A DNA stretch of 64,000 nt from a virus, in the IMG/VR virus record IMGVR_UViG_3300007735_000795, positions 1-64,000 of that record. One strand, 5' to 3'. A program made the translations under genes and the position numbers. The notes under the pieces were generated by a model. The model saw nothing but the letters and a program-made list of their open reading frames with translations, was not told the DNA's origin and ran no database searches. Position 1 is the stretch's first letter. Each line of letters starts with the position of its first letter. Below, in pieces: positions 57,727-64,000 of the stretch.

Positions 57727-58644
57727 TTATTTTTGAGGTAAATTATTTATTCCTTTTTCTAAAAACATCTGCATGTTAGCTTCAAATTTTTGTCTTTGAA
57801 TTGGTGGGGTAAAATCTGGGATTAGTTTCATAAATTTTCTATAGTATGAATTAAATTCCATTCCTTTCAAATTCATATCAGCCATATCTAATACAGTTTG
57901 GCCTTTTAATAGATACTGTTGGAAATCATATCCTTTATTTTTAGCATACTCACTTAACATCATTGAATACCAATCCCAAGGCCCATATCCTTTCCAGTCA
58001 TCATGTACTGGGCATAGGTTTTCATAGAATTCTTTATTATATAGATCAAACCACCATGCCCATTTACTTCTAGAAGTGGGTATTAAAGACATTTCTTCAT
58101 TGTTTATTTTTAATTGATGTCTAACTTCATAAAGATCATACTTTTCCCATTCAGAATAAGGTACATTTAAATAATTAGAATTTGTTATTTCATCCCATGT
58201 TGAGTCCCATCTTTTATATATTTGGGGTGTTACAACAAAATATTTGTTTGTTATTACTCTAGTTGATTCTATTAATAATGCTAATAAATGTTCACTAAAA
58301 TAAAAATCAGGACATACACCAATATAATAATCTATTTCAGATGATATGCTTTCTCTTTGTAAATTCAAATAACCATATATTTCATCTCCTTCATATGTTC
58401 GTTTTATATGAGTGTAATTATTTAACAGTAAAGAAATATCATCATATTTAGTTTTAAAAAAATCTTTAGATAATTGACTTTCATTCCAATTAACAAATTT
58501 ACTAGATAAATTTAATACTGTTTCTATAATAACATTAGCATCTTTAGGAAGATAATAATATGACTTTTTCAATTGACTAAAAGTTAATAGAGCATTGTCT
58601 ATCTCCCAAGGCATTATATGGATTTTTAATTTAATATTCATCAT
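57727..58644 (-). CDS. hypothetical protein, probable GT-A glycosyltransferase
   Basis: CPDFYFS, GYGPWD; inside the glycosylation island. Confidence 0.45.
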   Translation of the reverse strand: MMNIKLKIHIMPWEIDNALLTFSQLKKSYYYLPKDANVIIETVLNLSSKFVNWNESQLSKDFFKTKYDDISLLLNNYTHIKRTYEGDEIYGYLNLQRESISSEIDYYIGVCPDFYFSEHLLALLIESTRVITNKYFVVTPQIYKRWDSTWDEITNSNYLNVPYSEWEKYDLYEVRHQLKINNEEMSLIPTSRSKWAWWFDLYNKEFYENLCPVHDDWKGYGPWDWYSMMLSEYAKNKGYDFQQYLLKGQTVLDMADMNLKGMEFNSYYRKFMKLIPDFTPPIQRQKFEANMQMFLEKGINNLPQK

Positions 58645-59834
58645 ATAATATTAATAAATTTTCCTACAAATCCCAAATTTCTTAAATAAGATTCTATTTC
58701 AAAAGAAATATGCCAAGCGTTATTTAATATTCCCTTTTCATTTTTTATTGATTCATTATCACTAATAATAGGAATACGTGTGCCTGGAATAAAGCAACCA
58801 ATTTTTAATGATCCTGGTTTCTCATATACACACTCAATATGTTGTTCATTTAATCCTAATAAAGCAATAGGAATAGCTGCTCTAGCGGGAAATGCTTTTG
58901 CTTTTATTTTTCCATTTTCTTTAATATACTCTAATACTTCATTTCTTTTTTCTTGTTTCCATATTTTAATAAAATTATTCATTTCATTAAATTTATTAAA
59001 AAATCTACTTTCATTATTTAATATTTCTTTTATATTTGAAGGAACAACTTTATGATATTTTTTATCTCCTATTATAACTCTAATGTTACCACCATATCGA
59101 GATGGGAATTCAACTGACAATACATCTAGATTTAATGTTTTAGCAATGTGTATAAAACTATTTAAACTATATGTTCTAGGATGTTCATGATAAAATGTAT
59201 CAAATTGATTTTTATCTAAAACACCTCCTAAATAATGATTTTCAATCACTAATAATGTTTCTGGTTTAGATACATTAGAAATTGCTTTTAATAAATTGTT
59301 TAGATCTTCAATGTGAGCAAACACATTAGTAAAAGTAATTATATCTGCTTTAATATGATTTTCAGCTAACTCTGGGGTAAAATAATCTTTTACTATGTAA
59401 TGATGTTTATTAATAGCATCATGAGCAGCATCTGTTGGCTCAACACCAAAAGTAATAGCTCCTTTATTTTTAAATATATCTAATAAACTACCATCATTGC
59501 ATCCAACATCCAGTATATTTTTTCCTTTTAAATCAATAAAATTTATTTCTAAATATTCTACTAGTTTTTCCATACCTTTTATTACATCAGCTGTAAATCT
59601 AGCTCGATAATGGTAATCAGAAGGAAATAGTTTCTTTTTAGGTATTTGATATGTTTGATGTGCTGTGTAGCATTTTTCACAGTAATGTATATCTATGGGA
59701 TATTTCTCATTTATATCATTTGAGGTTGTAGGAATTAATTCATCACATATAGGGTGCAATCCAAGATCTAACACAGGGGTTAAAGTTTCATTTCCACATA
59801 CCTCACAGGTGTTTATTCTAATTACATCATTCAT
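58641..59834 (-). CDS. NDP-sugar C-methyltransferase
   Basis: CEVC..CEKC zinc site, DVGCNDG, NVFAHI, FYHEH, YGGNIR. Confidence 0.85.
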   Translation of the reverse strand: MNDVIRINTCEVCGNETLTPVLDLGLHPICDELIPTTSNDINEKYPIDIHYCEKCYTAHQTYQIPKKKLFPSDYHYRARFTADVIKGMEKLVEYLEINFIDLKGKNILDVGCNDGSLLDIFKNKGAITFGVEPTDAAHDAINKHHYIVKDYFTPELAENHIKADIITFTNVFAHIEDLNNLLKAISNVSKPETLLVIENHYLGGVLDKNQFDTFYHEHPRTYSLNSFIHIAKTLNLDVLSVEFPSRYGGNIRVIIGDKKYHKVVPSNIKEILNNESRFFNKFNEMNNFIKIWKQEKRNEVLEYIKENGKIKAKAFPARAAIPIALLGLNEQHIECVYEKPGSLKIGCFIPGTRIPIISDNESIKNEKGILNNAWHISFEIESYLRNLGFVGKFINII

Positions 59835-61180
59835 ATTTTAGTATATCCAAAGGTTAAGTAATTAATATTTTCTATTTCTATTGTTGTAAATAATCTTTTA
59901 GTATCAAATAAGAGTATATTTTTTGCTTTAATTAAAGAAAAATAATTTCTTAATTTTAAATACTCTAGCCAGTTTGTACCCACTACAATTATATCAGTTG
60001 TAGCTATTTCTTTAATCCAATCATCAGTGAAAGTTAAATTAGGATTATTATATTGTTTTTTAGTATGTTCAATAGCTATAGGATCATGAGCTACAACTTT
60101 AATATTATTTTCTAATAGTGAAGATAATATTTTTAATGAACTAGACTCTCTAATATCATCTGTTTCAGGTTTAAAAGCTAATCCAAGTAATAAAATATTT
60201 TTATTAGTTAAATTATTATATCTTTTTTTAAGCATGTTTATTACTTGAGATGGCTGTTTTTCATTAGTGTTTAAAACAGCATTAGTCACATTCATGTTTA
60301 GTCCTAAACTTTCACCTTGAGTTCTAATAGCTTGAACATCTTTAGGGAAACAACTTCCTCCAAATCCAGCCCCTGGGGTGAAATAAGCAGATATAGGAGG
60401 GGTTATTCTTTTATTTTCAATTATAGGACTCCATCTTTTATCACTAATAACTCCTTTAATAACATCATTATAATCAATATTACTAATTTCTGAAGCTAGA
60501 TTAGCTAGTTCATTATTTATGGAGATTAAATTAGCTAATAAGGTATTATTAGTGTATTTAATCATTTCAGCAGTTCGAGTATTAGTATAAATTTTATCAC
60601 AATTCCATGGATAATAAATTTCTTCTAGATATTGTTTTGTAGTTTCATCTTCATAACCTATAACAATTCTATCTGGGTTGGTAAAGTCTAATACTGCTTC
60701 TCCTTCTTTTAAAAATTCAGGATTCATTCCTAATCCAAACTCACCTAATTTTTTGCCTGATGTTTTTTCAATAATATTTTTAACAAAAGTATCTGTTGTA
60801 GTAGGTATAACTGTGCTTTTTATTATTACTGAAAGGAATTTATTGGATTCTTTAATGTAGTTTCCTATTTCAATACTAGCATTTTTAATTTGAGTTAAAT
60901 CAATTTTCCCATTTTCAGATGGAGTTCCAACTGCTAATATCACTACATTACTTTGATCTAATGCTTCACTAATATTAGTAGTAGCTCTAAAGTGATTGTT
61001 TTTTATTACTTGATATAATAATAATTCTAATCCGTTTTCATATATATGTAAAATACCTTTATTAAGATTTTCAACTATATCTTTACGAAGATCTACACAA
61101 GTAACATTATGACCTTTACTAGCCAAACATACTCCTGATACTAGCCCAACATATCCTGTACCTACTATTGTTATATTCAT
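59831..61180 (-). CDS. ugd: UDP-glucose/GDP-mannose family 6-dehydrogenase
   Basis: GTGYVG, AVGTP, NPEFLKEG, FGGSCFPKD, GLAFKPETDDIRES. Confidence 0.9.
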   Translation of the reverse strand: MNITIVGTGYVGLVSGVCLASKGHNVTCVDLRKDIVENLNKGILHIYENGLELLLYQVIKNNHFRATTNISEALDQSNVVILAVGTPSENGKIDLTQIKNASIEIGNYIKESNKFLSVIIKSTVIPTTTDTFVKNIIEKTSGKKLGEFGLGMNPEFLKEGEAVLDFTNPDRIVIGYEDETTKQYLEEIYYPWNCDKIYTNTRTAEMIKYTNNTLLANLISINNELANLASEISNIDYNDVIKGVISDKRWSPIIENKRITPPISAYFTPGAGFGGSCFPKDVQAIRTQGESLGLNMNVTNAVLNTNEKQPSQVINMLKKRYNNLTNKNILLLGLAFKPETDDIRESSSLKILSSLLENNIKVVAHDPIAIEHTKKQYNNPNLTFTDDWIKEIATTDIIVVGTNWLEYLKLRNYFSLIKAKNILLFDTKRLFTTIEIENINYLTFGYTKI

Positions 61181-62238
61181 TATTGATGATTTTTATAATA
61201 ATTGTATATTCGAGTTAATCCTTCTTCTAAACTAACTTGAGGATTATATTTTAATAAAGTTTTAGATTTAGTAAGGTCAGGACATCTTTTTTGTGGGTTA
61301 TCTGTTAAATAATTTTTATCAGAACTCACTTTATATTCATATTCAAATTCATCATTCCCTTTAACAATTTTAGAAATTGTTTTAGCTAAATCTAACATTG
61401 TTATTTCAGGACCATCTGTGCCAATATTAAATGCTTCACCATTATAATCTGAAAGTAACATCTGTAAATAACCAGTAACAGCGTCTGAAATGTAACAGAA
61501 TGTTCTTGTCACATGACCATCTGATAAAATTTCTATTTTATTCCCATTTAATATATTACTAAAAAAATCAGGAATAACTCTCTTATCTCCAAGTCTTAAT
61601 CCAGGTCCATAATTGTTAAAAGGTCTAGCTACTTTAATTGGGATACCATATTGTTGATAAAAATTGACACAAAGTGTTTCTCCATATCTTTTAGATTCAT
61701 CATAACAAGCTCTTGGACCTGTACAACTTACATTACCTCTATATGTTTCTTTAGTTGGAATATTCTCAGGATCAGGATCACCATATATTTCACTTGTTGA
61801 GAAAAATAAGAAACTTTCACATGGGTTTTCTTTAACAAAATCTAATAAATTTCTAAGTCCTATTACATTAGCATCCATGGTTTCTATAGGATGTAATCTA
61901 TAATAAGTTGGAGAAGCAATTGTAGCCGCATGGATAATAAAATCAGATTTTGGAAGAGATGATATCTTATTAATATCTGCTTCTATAATATCTATATCTT
62001 TTCTGTCTTTAATAGATTCATACCAATCTGGTACTCCTCTAATAAAGTTTTCTATAACATATAATTTACAAGGTTTAGATAATATATTTAAATCATTTAA
62101 TAATGAAAAATAATAAACAAAATATGTACCTAAAAATCCTCCTCCTCCAGTTAATAGAATATTTTTTCCTTCAAATCGAGAATTATCTATTCTACTTATA
62201 ATTTCTTTAATGTCTTGTTCTATAATACTGTCTACCAT
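61180..62238 (-). CDS. NDP-glucuronate decarboxylase (UDP-xylose synthase)-like SDR
   Basis: GGGGFLG, ASP, STSEIYGDP, GPRACYDESKR, TRTFCY. Confidence 0.85.
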   Translation of the reverse strand: MVDSIIEQDIKEIISRIDNSRFEGKNILLTGGGGFLGTYFVYYFSLLNDLNILSKPCKLYVIENFIRGVPDWYESIKDRKDIDIIEADINKISSLPKSDFIIHAATIASPTYYRLHPIETMDANVIGLRNLLDFVKENPCESFLFFSTSEIYGDPDPENIPTKETYRGNVSCTGPRACYDESKRYGETLCVNFYQQYGIPIKVARPFNNYGPGLRLGDKRVIPDFFSNILNGNKIEILSDGHVTRTFCYISDAVTGYLQMLLSDYNGEAFNIGTDGPEITMLDLAKTISKIVKGNDEFEYEYKVSSDKNYLTDNPQKRCPDLTKSKTLLKYNPQVSLEEGLTRIYNYYKNHQ

Positions 62239-62999
62239 ACTTTCCATTCTGCTTGATTTTTGTTCCATAAATTATTTAAATTGTTTTTTTCTTTAGCTGT
62301 ATCCATACATTCCCAAAATCCATAATGTTTATAGCTAGTTAACTCATTTTCATTAGCTATTTGTTCAAGGACATCTGATTCAAATATAGTCTCATCTCCT
62401 TTAATATAATTAAATACTTCTGGTTCGCAAACAAAAAATCCACCATTAATCCAAGGACTGTCACTTCTTCTTTTCTCAATAAAGGATTTAACTAAAATAT
62501 CATCTTTAATTTCTAACCCACCAAATCTTCCAGCTGGTTGGACAGCTGTTACTGTTATTTTTCTTTTATATTCTTTATGATGATGAACTAATTTATTAAT
62601 ATCAATATCTGCTACTCCATCTCCATATGTTAATAAAAAAGTATCATTTATATGTGGTTGGATTCGTTTTATTCTCCCTCCAGTCATTGATTCTAAACCA
62701 GTGTCTATTAATGATACTTTCCAAGGCTCATTAATTTGATTATGAATTTGAATATCATTAGTAGTATAATCAATAGTGACATCTAGATCATATTTAAATC
62801 TATTTAGGAAATATTCTTTAATAACATATCCTTTATATCCTAAACATATAATAAAATCATTAAATCCATAATATGAATATGTTTTCATGATATGCCAAAG
62901 TATAGGTTTACCCCCAATTTCTACCATTGGTTTAGGGATTAAATCTGTATATTCAGCTAATCTAGTTCCATAACCTCCCGCTAATATTACAACTTTCAT
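62232..62999 (-). CDS. rfbF: glucose-1-phosphate cytidylyltransferase
   Basis: LAGGYGTRLAE..PKPMVEIGGKPILWHIMK, MTGGRIKR, TYGDG, WINGGFF, GFWECMDT. Confidence 0.92.
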   Translation of the reverse strand: MKVVILAGGYGTRLAEYTDLIPKPMVEIGGKPILWHIMKTYSYYGFNDFIICLGYKGYVIKEYFLNRFKYDLDVTIDYTTNDIQIHNQINEPWKVSLIDTGLESMTGGRIKRIQPHINDTFLLTYGDGVADIDINKLVHHHKEYKRKITVTAVQPAGRFGGLEIKDDILVKSFIEKRRSDSPWINGGFFVCEPEVFNYIKGDETIFESDVLEQIANENELTSYKHYGFWECMDTAKEKNNLNNLWNKNQAEWKVW

Positions 63000-63025
63000 T
63001 ATATTAAATTATTAAACTTAAATGT

Positions 63026-63649
63026 TTATAATGTACTATAAAAATTATTTTGTTTTTCTTGTCTTTCTATTGTTTTAGGGTGATATAAAGATAAACTTTC
63101 ATAAGCTGGTATTTGGGCCATTACTTTATAACCTTCTATCACTTCATGTACTTTATTCTTCCATTTAATTTCAGGAGTATTTTTATAAATTCTCCATTGA
63201 TAATCAGGAAAGTTTACCCATCCATTCTCATTTACATTCCATCCCCATTTTTGTATATGTTCTTGGGTTAAACCTTCTACGGTGTTTACTCTTGGAACAA
63301 CAAACGCTTCTACAGTTGGGTTATCTCTAATAAATTCAGGTAACGATTCAATCAAATATTCATTGGGAACTTCATCTGCATCAATTTGGAAAATATAATC
63401 ACCAGAACACATATCCGTTAGTTGATTTTTCCAATCAGCAAAATGTCCTTGAAATGCACTTTCTTTTAAAGTAATCCAATCATTTGATGACCACCAATAG
63501 AGTATATCTAATAATGATTGAGACGCTTTTGGCTTATCCAGTAAAACACAAATTTCATCTTCAGGACGTTTACGTTTATGAAGAAATGGAACTAAACGTT
63601 TTATCTCTTCTAATTCATTACAAACTGTAATAGCGTAACTGATTTTCAT
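63026..63649 (-). CDS. GT2-family glycosyltransferase
   Basis: FADWKN, IFQIDADE, FPDYQWR, VHE. Confidence 0.85.
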   Translation of the reverse strand: MKISYAITVCNELEEIKRLVPFLHKRKRPEDEICVLLDKPKASQSLLDILYWWSSNDWITLKESAFQGHFADWKNQLTDMCSGDYIFQIDADEVPNEYLIESLPEFIRDNPTVEAFVVPRVNTVEGLTQEHIQKWGWNVNENGWVNFPDYQWRIYKNTPEIKWKNKVHEVIEGYKVMAQIPAYESLSLYHPKTIERQEKQNNFYSTL

Positions 63650-63668
63650 ATAACTGTAATATAATAAA

Positions 63669-64000
63669 TTATCCTAATAGGCCAACGTATTCTAAAGCAT
63701 CTATAAATTCTCTTTCTTCAAAATGCTGGAGTGTATCCATGTTCATTCTGTATTCATAGAATTTACCTGGCTGTTTTGGAATTGGGTATTTTTCTTTTTC
63801 CTCTTCGGTTACTTTGGTTGCTTTAACAGCTGACCATTTCCATTCATTAGGATTAGTACCATTTGCAAATACCATACCTTGAGTTGGATGGTTAATAGTT
63901 TGCGGTAACCAAGTTAAACCAGTGTTTGGGTCTTCCCAGGCTAATGCTTTGTATAATTCAGGAAGTACTTCCATTTGTTCATTATAGAATTCACTATCTT
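63669..64000 (-). CDS. hypothetical protein (5' end outside the window)
   Basis: Frame is open upstream of the annotated Met to the window edge. Confidence 0.55.
   Translation of the reverse strand, partial: DSEFYNEQMEVLPELYKALAWEDPNTGLTWLPQTINHPTQGMVFANGTNPNEWKWSAVKATKVTEEEKEKYPIPKQPGKFYEYRMNMDTLQHFEEREFIDALEYVGLLG

Noticed and set aside
408-60860. All plus-strand ORFs in the track (e.g. 408-665, 1523-1792, 36689-37003, 42598-42891)
   Set aside because: They are antisense shadows of well-supported minus-strand genes, with no motifs or promoter support
1-64000. Alternative genetic code (stop-codon reassignment)
   Set aside because: Conserved genes are full length in the standard code, and TAA, TAG and TGA are all used as true stops
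1-64000. Prophage, integrase, transposon, retron or diversity-generating retroelement
   Set aside because: No integrase, transposase or reverse-transcriptase motifs, and no adenine-specific TR/VR repeat pair was seen

Overview
A 64 kb piece of a large, AT-rich lytic dsDNA phage with a T4-like contractile tail (gp6/gp25/gp5-like baseplate genes and a gp55-like late sigma factor). The host is very probably Bacteroidota: promoters match the -33/-7 type, Shine-Dalgarno sites are scarce, and the phage carries a T9SS type-B sorting domain and an RsbU-like phosphatase. Essentially all genes are on the minus strand in the standard code. Left to right: nucleotidyltransferase, kinase, exonuclease, primase and DenA-like nuclease (1-4 kb); baseplate/virion genes (4-20 kb); late sigma factor and HD protein (20-22 kb); a promoter-dense early region with tRNAs and many small genes (23-39 kb); lysis and late genes inside early genes (39-44.5 kb); thyA, clpP and a TraR/DksA-like gene (45-52 kb); and a nucleotide-sugar/glycosyltransferase island (52.8-64 kb). 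The most unusual signals lie outside the ORF track: (i) three tRNA-shell RNAs with conserved acceptor/D/T arms and unrelated anticodon regions, two flanking a cargo ORF; (ii) a ~208 nt structured RNA between tRNA-Leu and a tRNA-shell; (iii) a plus-strand ncRNA candidate behind a late promoter; (iv) an iteron-like array around a G-rich tract; (v) mini-genes joined by a repeated ~18 nt junction (GGEQ*/ATG); (vi) hairpins that occlude start regions of late genes. All assignments come from motif recognition by eye; no database search was run.
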